Source: Paraphysomonas bandaiensis (lineage: Eukaryota; Protista; Chrysophyceae). From it: 64,000 nt of DNA. Of this stretch, positions 40,046 to 52,735 are shown one piece after another. The stretch is taken from positions 184,144 to 248,143 of the forward strand of contig CBFFRP010000064.1 in the NCBI GenBank assembly GCA_965644295.1. The letters run 5' to 3'. Each line of letters opens with the position of its first letter. Position 1 is the first letter of the stretch. The translations under genes and the position numbers were made by a program. The notes under the pieces were generated by a model. It searched no databases. It was not told where the DNA came from and saw nothing but the letters and a program-made list of their open reading frames with translations.

Positions 40046-42453
40046 TTAATGATGAAACAGTCGCAAGCTCGTAAATACCATCGCCATGTTGTATTCGCGG
40101 CAGGCTTCAATAACTTCGGCGTCAGCAACACTGCCCCCAGGTTGCGCAACAAACTTAACACCAAACTTAGCGGCATGGTCGATCGAATCCCGGAAAGGAA
40201 AAAATGCGTCACTGGAAAGGGCCACTCCAGACAGTGTAGAGAGGAAGGTGCGCTTCTCCTCTTCCCTGAGAGGTGATACAGAGCCATCAAACTTGTCACT
40301 CCAGGCTGCCAGCTCTACACCCTCTATATCTCCCTCGATATACCGCACCCTGCCGTCAGCACCACGATCAAAACCACCGACCGTATAGACAATACGAAAT
40401 AACACACCTGGCATTCACTCGCTCTTGTCTCTTGACACTTGCTTTAAATGGAAGATCTAGTACCTACATCTGCATGAGACCAAGTTCAGAAGTAGAATTT
40501 ACTCTTTACCTTTGGATGCTGCCTAAGGAACCACGTAGCGGCCTTCCTACCAGCTAACTTCACGCAGTCCACTCTGCTCTGCTGTCCTGCCCCCACACCG
40601 ATCATTTGGCCGCCTAACGCATATCCCACTGAATTGCTTTGAGTGTACTTCAGGGTAATAGAAGCAAGGACAAGATCCCGTGCAGCCTCATTACTGATTG
40701 AGTCCCCTGTCACGACGTGCTGCAGGTGTTCTTTCGAGAACTTCACATCATTACGCCTTTGTAGAAATCCCACACCCATTACCTCCCGGAATTCATCCGT
40801 TGGAGGCTCGTATTCAGTACATGCGCGAAGCACAATAAACGCCCCTTTCTTTTTCGCGCACAGAATATCAAGTGCCGAATCTTCGTATCCCGGGGCAATG
40901 ATGCCGTCACATACCTCGGTCTTAAGCACTTTCGCAGTGCACTCATCTACAACATCCGAAACCGCCACGAAGTCACCAAAGGAGCAGAGCGGGTCCGCAT
41001 TACGGGCTCGCACGTACGCACATGCCACAGGGGAGAGCGGATCTACTCTGTCAAAAACGCGCATTTCTGTGGCGGTGAGAGGAATACTTACCGCGGCCCC
41101 GGCGGGTGAGCAATGCTTAAATGACGCGGCCGCGGGAAGGCCTATTGCAGAGCGCAACTCCCGTACTAACTGCCAAGCATTACATGCATCAAGCAGGTTA
41201 ATATATCCTGGGGTCCCATTCACAATATCAAAAGGGCGTTTGTCGGAGGGCTGCAGCATTGGAAGGTAGACCCCAGCAGGCTTTTGATGAGGATTGCACC
41301 CGTATTTCAAGCTAAACTCGTGACGAAAACCGCGGGATAGTACAGGGGGTGGAGCACAGACGGCGGATGACGTTTCAGAGGTTACTTCAGCAGCAAAATG
41401 GGCAGCAATCTAAAGGTAACATTAAGCTTGATCAAAATACACGTTACACATACCGCAGAGTCATATGCGGCGGACGTAGCAAACGCACTGGCGGCGAGAG
41501 ACCTACGTGTCGCTAAAGATGTACAACCTCCAGATGCACCCAACTCACTGACGAGAGCTGCGTACTGGTTTGGTGATGTCACAACTGCCACATAGGCATG
41601 ATTCTGCATAGACAACTGTAATCAGCAGCAGTTACCCGCCACCATACAATTACTACCTTGGCTGACGACCGGAGCATTGATGGACCACCGATATCAATGT
41701 TCTCAACACACTGACTGAAATCTGCACCGCTAGCAACTGTGGCTTCGAATGGGTAAAGGTTCATTACTACCAAATCGATCGTTCTGATGCCATTTTCCGA
41801 CATTTCATGATCGTGTAACGAATTCCCACGTACTGCCAACAGCCCCCCTGAAGGTGTCTCTCTTCACAAATATTATTGACTCGGTGATAACATCTCACCG
41901 TGAATCTTAGGATGCAAAGTTTTCACTCGCCCATCGAGTATCTCTGGAGATCCCGTGTAGTCACTTACATCGATCACAGGGATTCCTACAGCCAAATAAG
42001 AAGGCGATTCACAATACTTACGATACCTTCATTTCTGATAGCCTTCGCAGTTCCTCCTATGAAAAAACAAGTGATATAATGCAACATCAATTACGACATA
42101 TGCATGAAACCGTAAAGCACTAAGCATGACATGAGTTCATGCAGAGTATACTCATGAGTACAGCTTCATATGTATAGCTATGTGTGTATAGGTATGTGTG
42201 TATAGGTATGTATAGGTACGTATAGGTATGTATAGGTATGTGTATATGGTGATGGTGATGGGGAGGGTGATGATGGTGATCTTTACGGTTAGTGTGTGGC
42301 GGGCGCACCTGTGGACAGCAGCTCGACATTAATGGAATGCAGGAATGTTGCGAGCTCCACCAGCCCGCTCTTGTCTGACACGCTGATGAGAGCTCTCCGC
42401 ACCTGAACCAGATCACTCACACTACCCTCTACACTCGATAATACTCGCGCCAT
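40046..42453 (-). CDS. ATIC: Bifunctional AICAR transformylase/IMP cyclohydrolase, multi-exon
   Basis: [13 protein letters not shown]; STGGT; [19 protein letters not shown]; [12 protein letters not shown]; KYGCNPHQ; KYTQSNSV; [11 protein letters not shown]; RLFHH. Confidence 0.97.
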
Positions 42454-42645
42454 AATAACACTAACAGATGCAGAGGATGGTCTGTGTATGGTATGGTTGT
42501 GTATGTGTAGATGAGTGTGCTGTGCCATGAGGGCAAGATTCTGATCCTGTACTGTGGTACCGTGTACGTGTAGACCTGTATGTATATGTAAATACGTACC
42601 ATCTGATATATATGGAAGGCATGCATCCACATACATACCTACGGG

Positions 42646-42781
42646 TATCGGCAGTCAGCATCTCGTTTTTCGGAAATAAAATGAATCAAATATACTCTAT
42701 ATTACTGTGATACAACTACAGCTGTAATACAGATAATTGTTGTCTCAATATTAGAGGCTTCTTGGAACAAAAATACACAAA
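42646..42781. repeat. Dispersed repeat family B, copy 2, in a divergent promoter
   Basis: Matches 16612-16749. Confidence 0.85.
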
Positions 42782-42887
42782 GGATGCCGATAGTACGACC
42801 AACAACGTTTTAAGAAGCAGCCAGTATATCCATACATTTAACTGTGATCCAGCGTAACACATATGCCATATATTAAATAATTCGCTA

Positions 42888-43241
42888 ATGTATCAATATC
42901 GGTCTTTTTTACGTTCATTTGGTTTGAGACGGAAAGCATCTACTTCATCAAGTGCATACGAATCATTCAAGAAGTTAGAAGAGCACAGTCGTGGTTTAAC
43001 TTTGTTCACAGGATACTCGATTGGTTTAGGAGGAATAATTGCGTTTACTATACAAACCAGAGATACAATCAAGCTCAACAAAGAGATGGCAAAGAAAGAT
43101 ATTGAAATTGCAAAGAAAGATATTGAGCTCAGAGCTCTTAAAAATTCGCTTTTATATGGCCAAAGTGAAGAATATAGAACTATGAGACAATCATATGCTA
43201 GTCGAAAAATGGATGAGGCGTCGACGGATAAGACGGAATAA
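42888..43241 (+). CDS. Small hypothetical protein: possible mitochondrial presequence, TM helix and coiled coil
   Basis: R/S-rich N-terminus, hydrophobic LTLFTGYSIGLGGIIAFTI, duplicated AKKDIE heptad. Confidence 0.55.
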   Translation: MYQYRSFLRSFGLRRKASTSSSAYESFKKLEEHSRGLTLFTGYSIGLGGIIAFTIQTRDTIKLNKEMAKKDIEIAKKDIELRALKNSLLYGQSEEYRTMRQSYASRKMDEASTDKTE

Positions 43242-44127
43242 AAGTAGCAAATCCAATACACTTGCCTTCACAATATAGCGTGCTTTGTTTGATCGAATAT
43301 TTAGATATTCTTTTATTTTCTTCTTTTCACTATTTTTCTGGCAGTTTGTAGTGGGTAATGTTTATTATTCGGTTCACCCACAACCAAGTAGCACAATATT
43401 CAACCGAATCATTTTTACTTTAATTAGTGGACATCGTAGCTAAATGAAGCTGAAATCGTACCCATTGTAATTTATTTGACACAATCATTTCATTTTTCAT
43501 TTGTCTCCTTAAATGTTAATCAGGGAACACCTATTTCCTCTAGTCCCCGCAAGCTATGCATTCTAGATATTATGCTTTGAGGTTTGCTTTTTAAGCAATT
43601 AAAAGCTGTAATTCTAAGATATTGGAATTATGACGGTTACTGGAGAATACACTAGTGGTTAACTGTATTATGAGAAGTAATGAGAACTGAATACATATTG
43701 ACCATACAAGAAGGTAGTAGAGATGACGTGATATATTGTTTATTATATTTATTATAATCTTCCCTCATCTTAACTTGATTAATGAGTAAATACACGTCCA
43801 GTTTACTTAGTAAATCATCCAATTGTGTCATAACTTGACACCTCCTTCTATGCATACGTTTGCGCAACACTGATAAAATAAGCTTTCTGTACTGAGCAGG
43901 CGTTCACATGTATTGGGAGTATATACAACATTATTTGTGTACCAGTACTTAGTATTTTAACTTTTGGTTTCTTAATTTTTTGAGCTGACCGAAGAAAAAC
44001 CGAGAGGATGTATAATTACTTACGAAGCCAATAAACCTCATACTACACGGGTATCACAAAGTGGTACTACAACAAACTAGTTTCCCATAACCAACAACTA
44101 GTAAGTAGCAGAATAGACACGTTATGC

Positions 44128-45108
44128 TCATGCGTCCAAGGCATCCCTGATATTCTGAGTGATAGTATCAACAGGTTGATCGGCATCGATGTTGGCCACC
44201 TAAATTGCAGTTAATGTGGACAGTAAAAAGTGCAATTCACAACATATCTATCAATTAAATGGACGTCGAATTATCTACTAGACATAGGTATTGTCTAACA
44301 TGAGATCATCGTAAACATTTATGCTAGATCGTGACGCGTACGGTACCTTGTTCTTGTAGTATTTAAGAACTGGCGTAGTCTTGTTGTGGAATTCTTCAAG
44401 GCGAGTCTTGAGCTTTTCAGCTGTATCGTCCTTGCGCTTGAAGAGGTCCTCCCCTGTATAGATATATTAGGGATTAAAGCTAACTTGATATATACGAGAA
44501 TAGACATGACATAAGAATGCATGTAAAGAATAGGTTCAGCGAAATGTGTACAAAATGAAAATTAAAGTACCTGTGACATCATCTTTACCAGGAACCTTAG
44601 GTGGGCTGAAGTAGATATTGTATGTGCGGCCACTGGGCTGGTGGATTAACCGACCCTCTACTCTCTTAATCAGAATGGAATCATCGATTGCCAAATTGAT
44701 AACTTTGTCGATAGATTTCCCTGATTCAGCAAGCAGGGCATCAAGCATACGAGCCTGTGGGACAGTTCTAGGAAACCCATCCAGAATAAACCCTTTCGAG
44801 CACTCAGGTGCCTTCAATGCATCTTCGATAATGCCCACAACCACATCATCACCAACTAACTTCCCTGCATCCATAATCTTCTTTGCCTTCAAGCCCATCT
44901 CAGTCTTGTTAGCAACTGCCTCACGTAGCATATCACCAGTAGATAGATGACAAAGACAATACTCTTCTTTAATTCTTGGTGCTTGAGTTCCTTTGCCTGC
45001 TCCTGGAGGACCGAAGAAGATCGTACGTGTTTCCTTCTTCTGCTCGCAATTAAAGCGTCTTTCGAGCTCTTTCAAGAGCTCCATTGTGGTATATCTGGCA
45101 ATATCCAT
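44128..45108 (-). CDS. adk: Adenylate kinase (AK2-type), 3 exons
   Basis: [13 protein letters not shown]; HLSTGDMLR; [10 protein letters not shown]; [12 protein letters not shown]; KRKDD. Confidence 0.96.
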
Positions 45109-45639
45109 GATTGATAACTTTATTGAAAAGACTGTCGTGTGTATCCTCTCGTATGGATTGACAGTTGCCACTGCTCTATGGGCCACATATACATTCACAG
45201 GCATATGCATACATCCCCACATACATACACATACATACGCCTCACAGACTTCTCGCCAGCATGAGCCCTACACAATATACAGTACATACAGCATACAGAG
45301 CTGTGTAGGTATATATATATATGAATAGTGTAGGAATTCCTACAGCCACAGACTGATGATGATGATGATGTGAGGTCCTTCTGTTGCAAGAATACCCTAT
45401 AATACCGACCTGTATTTCATTTGTACCCTACAGAGGAAAAAGACAGGAAAATACTGGTATACAGTGCAGAGTACAGCAGTACAGCAGATGTATTCCGTAT
45501 TATTACCGAATGACGCATGTACGATCGGTGTTGGTGCAGTTACATCACACTATGGTTGCAGTTGTCGTATAGTTGCACTGATTCGTATGTACATATGTGG
45601 GCACTGCTTTTACTTCCCAACATGATAATGAATAGAAGC

Positions 45640-46545
45640 GCCTCTCAATGCCAGGAGAGTCAATGACACTAACGTAGACTCTCAAGACGATTCTTCTAAC
45701 AATATATCTAAAGAATATGCCAGTGGTTCACTGATGCGGACATGAGCTGAGAGCATTAGCATCTTGAGTGAACAACAGAGTCAATCGATTGGAATTTATA
45801 TTCATCAGTCTTTAATCTGTACAATGCAATCTGTAACTGGCATGGAACACTTTTACAACTCGAAAAGTATTGATCGATCTGCTTTAATGACAGCTTATTC
45901 GACCAAGAAAGATATGCAAACACGAACTCAGGAGCAGACTACTGTGTCTGGAAGCAGAAGTAGAATACTTACTCCATCGACTGCCAAACGACATCCGCTG
46001 AAGTCAGAGGTATGACTTGTATTCAATACATTGAGCTAGTTCATTATTTATGAGGTGTTATATAGGGGCATAGGGCCGGGGATATTAGCAATGATGCACA
46101 GCGGAGATTGGCTCGCAAGGACATGTACACTGGAATACAAAAAATGAGATTTGATTCGAAAGCAAATTTGAAAAATGGAAGTGGTGACATATGTGCCTCG
46201 CCCACTCGGGCTGCGCGTTTGCTTAACAGTCGGCCATGCAAGCAACTTGGTATTCCCGCACGTACAGGAGACTTTCGAAATGAAGTTGAGTGGCGATTAC
46301 AACTTCGACCTCAGTTCAACTACTGAGCATATCGACGAAGTTCTTCTTGTACAGTTGTCCGGATTGTTTATTAATCTTAGTTTGGATACAAAAACAGATT
46401 TCACTGAGCTGTATCATATGTGCTGCATCATCAGTGAGAGGTTAGGTGTGTATTATTCGTGTCATTTAACTGTAGGTTTAATTGATTAAATGGGAAAGTT
46501 ATTATGTTAGGATATTTTTTCACTGTTTAAGAATATCTAGTAAGT
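45640..46545 (+). pseudogene. Fragmented, stop-interrupted coding-like region of unknown origin
   Basis: Adjacent short + strand frames (45764-46015, 46175-46489) with in-frame stops and splice-like sites. Confidence 0.3.
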
Positions 46546-46682
46546 TCATTTGTTTGATGCAAATCAAATTTTCCTGCGAGCATCAATTATACTTTTTTGA
46601 TGTGAATCAGGCAATTTAAAAAAAATGATTATACATATACTTTGCAAAACTGATATAAAAAGAAATCCACCCCAGCAATTCC

Positions 46683-47328
46683 ATGACAACCAACAAACAA
46701 CGCAAATCGACTACCAAAAAGTGCGACCGTATCCCCACGGCAGGAAAAAAGATCATGCGACTAAGAGACATTAATCCATCCCGTATACGATTTCGATCCG
46801 TTTGATAGAGTTAGTGCATATACGTTGAAGTCAACGATGTTCTATGGAACACGCCGGCGCGAAGTACTGTTTGAACTCAATGGCGTACGAATTGCACCCA
46901 ACTATGGCGAACAGACAGATCTGACTCGAAAATGTTTTAAAGTGAATGTTGTTGTGATGTCAAATGAACCCAATTCGCGTACAGATTACTGCAAAATATC
47001 AGCAATTGATACCCAGTTTGTATCACCGGAACACAGTAAAGAAAAGCTTAAAGAGCGGGGTTACATTCCACTAATTAAGGAAGAAAAAGACAATTTGAAA
47101 TTTGTCACCATGCAAATTCCAACCACAGTGTCGGGCCCCTGGGGGGTACCTGACTCATCGGAAGTGGTGATAATGGACATACACAGAAACGATATTAGTT
47201 CATCTGTCAAATCTTTACCCAGGGTATTTCCCGTGGGTAGCAAAGTGAATATTCTTTTCAAATTTTCATGTGCATATCAAGGGAGTTGGGGGTGTAGTAT
47301 TGTTCTCACGGTGATGTTGTGTGATTAA
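46683..47328 (+). CDS. Virus-like OB-fold ssDNA-binding protein (NCLDV/T7 gp2.5-like), split by a +1 shift at about 46791
   Basis: MTTNKQRK...IMRLRDINPSRIRF / DPFDRVSAYTLKSTMFYG..EVLFEL..IAPNYG...FPVGSKVNILFKFSCAYQGSWGCSIVL; intronless; pattern recalled from NCLDV SSBs. Confidence 0.55.
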
Positions 47329-47707
47329 TTACACGGCGCGGCGGCATTACTGTAGTTGGTAGTAGAGTGAATATATGCTTAATAAGGATAATTCATTTCC
47401 ACCCTATCGCACCACTTTCCGTGCCAGTTTATTTTTTAAAAAACACATAAATCAGAAACGAGGATTTGAAGTTTAGTTTTTTATTCGGGCGCCGGAATTG
47501 AATATATATATATAATATAATTTTGACGCCTATTACTCTTCCTTTCCACTCTATAAATATAATATAATAATTATCTTATATATACACACACAGAGAGAGA
47601 GAGGGGGGGAGCTTCACTCCTGTACCGTGTAACCGTGACCATAAAAACTATTAATTTATACTGACTTTGCCCCTATGGTGTTACTGTGTATGTATGTACA
47701 ATAACAA

Positions 47708-47882
47708 TGGACACTTTTAAGGACATTTTATGGACATATTATAATAGCACAAAATATACTATTATATATATGGACACTTTCGAGGACATTTTTAAGGACA
47801 TTATTAATAAAAATATAAAAAAAACACAAAAAAAATGTTGTGAATATATATTTTAACAAAAAATGTCCACAAAAACGTCCAC
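47708..47882. repeat. Iteron-like GGACA array with inverted copies in very AT-rich DNA
   Basis: GGACA at 47709, 47721, 47732, 47772, 47784, 47796; inverted TGTCC 47864 and CGTCC 47876. Confidence 0.75.
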
Positions 47883-48090
47883 TCAAAATATACAAAACAC
47901 TATAAATACAATAATACAACACTACATATATTACATTAACGGACGGAACCCAACTTAAACACCGAACAATACACCAGATAGACGGAACAATAGACCTGAC
48001 TACCCTATATCCTATATATAGACATGTCGTGATTTTACTCCCTTTTTTACATATGTAAGAATATAAAAATATATATATTGTTATATTATA

Positions 48091-48374
48091 ATGTCAGAAG
48101 AAATAAAATATTTTAGTTGTTGCAATAATATTGATAGTATGTTTATTAACAAATTTCATAATGAAAATAATGAAAAGTAATAGGACGTCTAGTAGCTTTG
48201 AATATTGAAGAAGGAAATATTAGTAGATTACGAGATGTTACGAAGGAAAATACACAAGTGTTGTTTGACTATGCTTATCCTCTGTTGATTGCAGAATGCT
48301 ACGATGAAATGAGGATGCCAACTAGGAGACATGATATTAACATCAATACAATTGCAAATAGAATGAAAAAGTAA
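48091..48374 (+). pseudogene. AT-rich intronless orphan ORF of about 94 aa with one frameshift in an A run
   Basis: MSEEIKYFSCCNN...NENNEK then, after a shift, VIGRLVALNIEEGNISRLRDV...ANRMKK*. Confidence 0.45.
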
Positions 48375-48781
48375 CTTTAATTTGAATGATAATAATACTA
48401 TTACCTCTATTGTTCATATATATGACATTAGTACATGCATAAAAGAATAGAAGAAGCACATACATATAGAAGAGAAAAAGCGTAATGAAGGAAGAAGTAA
48501 TAATACTGAGAAGATTATTATTGAACTACTGTATACATTTGAGTAGATTACTAATAATCTTGTCAGAATTATTTGTGCAATTCATGCAACATATTCATAA
48601 TAATGGTCACTAGGATACACAATAACATCTTGTCAGTGGTAAAAAGTACGCGCTACTGCAAATACGTAATATACATAACACTCATAATGAAGGATAATTT
48701 CCAGCGTAGTCGCAGGAGTTTTAGTCAGAAGTTTATAATCATGAGGTTACGTATAATCTTGTTTATCCACAACACCTGGCG

Positions 48782-49010
48782 AGTCGCTGGAAGTCTAGCT
48801 CTGAATGGGGCACCACCGTTGGCCAGTATTGGTTACCTGCGCATTACACCCTAAGAGTACTACATGTACTCTCAATCCAGAACACTTACACAGCAGTCAC
48901 TCTGCGGTATGTGGCATATAAGAAGTACCGATCTTACACCGAGATAACTTCTGCTGTATGGTACTGATACACATGATTTATATACTGTACAGTTTACCCA
49001 AAATATATTT
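48782..49010 (+). repeat. Direct repeat, copy 1 (about 200 bp)
   Basis: agtcgctggaagtctagctctg.atggggcaccaccgttggccagt...attacaccctaagag...agtcactctgcggtatgtg recurs at 51477-51680. Confidence 0.9.
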
Positions 49011-49170
49011 TTACACAGCGTTAATGATGAATTCTATTGCTATGGTAACCCCCACAGTATATATATGCCATCAACTTTGCTCTCTGATACCCTACATAAC
49101 ATGACTACAGAGTACAGTATACCGTTCTGTATTTTACTCGTCATATACAATTACACGAAAATTACACACT

Positions 49171-51500
49171 TTGGACAAAGACATTTACGAAATGAAGCTT
49201 CCTATTGACGTAGCTGTGGCAAAGCTTCTCTTTGCGGCCATCTCAATTGATGAAGACCTTCCCAAACGAGGGAATAAAAGGAAACGACGTGACGAAATTA
49301 TCACGGAAGGTGAAGTTGAGGCAACCAGCAGTGATCATGTTGAAGTCGACAGTCAATACGATATGAATCCGGGAAAAGATAAAGTTACCGTAAGTGCACA
49401 GGCTTATCAAAATTACAAGAGCTCAAGTGTAACCTATATGCGCAGTCTCATCTACCCACAGCATACAATCTCAGTAAGCCGCATTTCTTCTATAGATAAG
49501 ACAGCAGAGGTGTGCAGCTCAGTGCTAGTTATTGTACGATAAGCATATGAAGTGGCGTGTATGTTACACATGACTATGATACATGAGTGCAGGTGTGTTA
49601 ACGATTGTCTATACAGCAGTATACCATGTATACTATCGTGTATACAACGTAATACGTAATTTACACAATTTCTTGGTCCAGAAGTGAGATCGCGATATAT
49701 CGCGAGTGCGTTGATTTTCATAGCATTTGAATGTTTTTTTCTCTCTCGGAAGTTGTCCGAAAATAATGACAAAAGGGGTTCAAAAAGGTCTATTTGCCAG
49801 ATCTTTCCATTTGGTCATTCATGACTCTAATTTATAGTAAATATCACCACATCTTTTGAGATCATCTTCCTGAATCATTCATCTTGCACTGTCGCCAAAG
49901 AGCTCTTTGCTTCAATATGGAAGAGGTTGAAGATGGCCTGCTTTGCTTGCTATCTCAGAGTGTCTAATGGACTTTTCTGAACTTAATAGTATACAATTGC
50001 TTACGTTTTCCCATAATGGAAAACAGTTTTGTGCGTTTAATGAGATTTTTTCTTTTCTCACTGCCATTTTCAAGTCTCATGAGAATATCCCTTGCTCGGA
50101 GCCGAAACAGTTATACCAGTACCCACAAATCCTCGTCCTGATGCCGTTTCTTTCGGAGACATGACATATTTACAGTTCAGGGACGCATTGGTAAAGACCT
50201 TTGTGGAAAATCCTATAGACTTCAGGGGAAACATGTTGTCATTAGGATTTAACTCCGATAAACATTTGAATGAGTTGCAGGATCTGTGCCGTGGATTATT
50301 TCTGGCAGAATTGCACGCCAATACTCACTGGTTCGGTGGGAGACAATATTCAGAGCTTCTGGTCTTTGTAGTGTCAACACTTTCCATGTCTTATGAAAGC
50401 AATTGAGTTTGGTTATTCGGCAAGTTCATTGACTGGCACATCAGCGGAGCAGATGTTTTCCTACGCTGATCGACAATGCAAAGCAAATAGTAGGGTCCAG
50501 GCCAATATGTCCCTCAGAGGTTCATGTCAAGGTAACACTCCTAAACAACCTCTTCGACATAAGCAAAATTTCAATCAATGCGAATCTTGGTGTTCATTTC
50601 AAGTACCCCATTTCTTGCTATTATACTATTAGGCCTTATTCTTCATAATAATCAAGCATTACCTTTTAACAATACAAAGTGTATCTTTCATTAAACACTA
50701 AGAGATAAAGAATACAAGTAAGTTTACTACGAGTGATGCAGCAGATGATTACGTTAATTTAGTAGATGTGATGATATCTCATTTGCAAATGCTTGAAGCA
50801 GCTGTTATTGAAAACAACATCTAGCCACTATACCGTAATAATATATACCAACTATTTTTTCATTGTTGAACCGTTTCTAGTTTTATTAAGTAATATGATA
50901 ATAATTATTATATCAGCACAAAATATAATAGTGAATTTATAAATGTACTGTTATTGCGGTCGGTGAAAACTAACCAGCAAATCATGGATACAAATGAAAA
51001 ACATACGTCAAAGCAGCACATATATATCAAACATTATAAATAATATATCACACATCATGCAAGGGATATATCATCAAAAGTTCGTGCATCGCTGCAGTTC
51101 CTGTTGGAAACAACATAAACAAACAAACGCTCAAAATTTGAAGGTTTAACATTTTCACCTGATTGATAATTCTTATTCCAAAGGCCAGTAATGTGTTTCT
51201 GGAAGTGAAAAATGATGTCAAGAAAATAAATGCCAATGTAGCCTAGAGAGGCTTAGAAACACAACGCCACAGGTAAAAAGCAATAACATGCAATTACTTT
51301 TGTTAACTCATTAGGAAACCGCATATAGACCAGTTCCTGGGCCTTCATCTCTGCAGTAGTAGCCTTGCAGCGGCTACGCCCACCCTTCAATTTACTATAC
51401 GAGGTGATGTAATATATACATATAAGTTTTATATATGAAGGCTATGTATGATATTGTTATTCCACATTAGCTATCAAGTCGCTGGAAGTCTAGCTCTGGA
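49171..51500 (+). mobile_element. Decayed, intron-containing transposase-like region (possibly KDZ: Kyakuja/Dileera/Zisupton)
   Basis: Ordered fragments SFGDMTY ... LAELHANTH ... GYSASSLTGTSAEQMFSY..ANMSLR resemble KDZ YD-x-C, FH-x2-H and GE-x2-E-x2-S motifs; several stops. Confidence 0.35.
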
Positions 51501-51680
51501 TGGGGCACCACCGTTGGCCAGTGTTGGCTACATGCGCATTACACCCTAAGAGCACTACTCTCAATCCAAAAACAATAACACAAGTCACTCTGCGGTATGT
51601 GATGACCTTAAACCGAGACTACTACTGATGACAAAGATACACAAGGCATATATGGGAACTAGTTTACCTAAATATATATT
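51477..51680 (+). repeat. Direct repeat, copy 2
   Basis: Matches 48782-49010. Confidence 0.9.
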
Positions 51681-51795
51681 GATAAGAACAGCGTAATGAA
51701 CCTGCATCTGAACTCTCTCCTTCATACTCCTGTCCGGATGGATACTGTATCCAGATATGCATCATATCATCTCGTGTAGTACAGTATTACTGACG

Positions 51796-52576
51796 GTATG
51801 TATGTATGTATGTATGTACAGTATGTATGTATGTATGTATGTATGTATGTATGTATGTATGTATGTATGTATGTATGTATGTATGTATGTATGTATGTAT
51901 GTATGTATGTATGTATGTATGTATGTACAGTATGTATGTATGTATGTATGTATGTATGTATGTATGTATGTATGTATGTATGTATGTATGTATGTATGTA
52001 TGTATGTATGTATGTATGTATGTATGTATGTATGTATGTATGTATGTATGTATGTATGTATGTATGTATGTATGTACAGTATGTATGTATGTATGTACAG
52101 TATGTATGTATGTATGTATGTATGTATGTATGTATGTATGTATGTATGTATGTATGTATGTACAGTATGTATGTATGCATGTATGTATGTATGTATGTAT
52201 GTATGTATGTATGTATGTATGTATGTATGTATGTATGTATGTATGTATGTATGTATGTATGTATGTATGTATGTATGTATGTATGTATGTATGTATGTAT
52301 GTATGTATGTATGTATGTACAGTATGTATGTATGTATGTATGTATGTATGTATGTATGTATGTATGTATGTATGTATGTATGTATGTATGTATGTATGTA
52401 TGTATGTATGTATGTATGTATGTATGTATGTACAGTATGTATGTATGCATGTATGTATGTATGTATGTATGTATGTATGTATGTATGTATGTATGTATGT
52501 ATGTATGTATGTATGTAGGTAGGTAGGTAGGTAGGTAGGTAGGTAGGTAGGTAGGTAGGTAGGTAGGTAGGTAGGT
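51796..52576. repeat. Compound microsatellite (TATG)n with TACAG interruptions, ending in (TAGG)n
   Basis: Directly visible; TAGG tract about 52515-52575. Confidence 0.99.
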
Positions 52577-52735
52577 ATGCAGGTACGAGGTACGTATGGA
52601 TATAGAGGAAATTTCTTTTCAAATCTGCCGCATTTGGTACTGCCGTGGCTGTACTCTCTGTATGCATGTGGTAATATATCATATACGTATCAATCATCGA
52701 TGCTGTATTACCACTCCGTCAGTCGCATATAAACG

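Noticed and set aside
48470-48785. Minus-strand frame with TGA/TAA stops suggesting an alternative genetic code
   Set aside because: All intact genes use standard stops; better explained by decay or chance in AT-rich DNA
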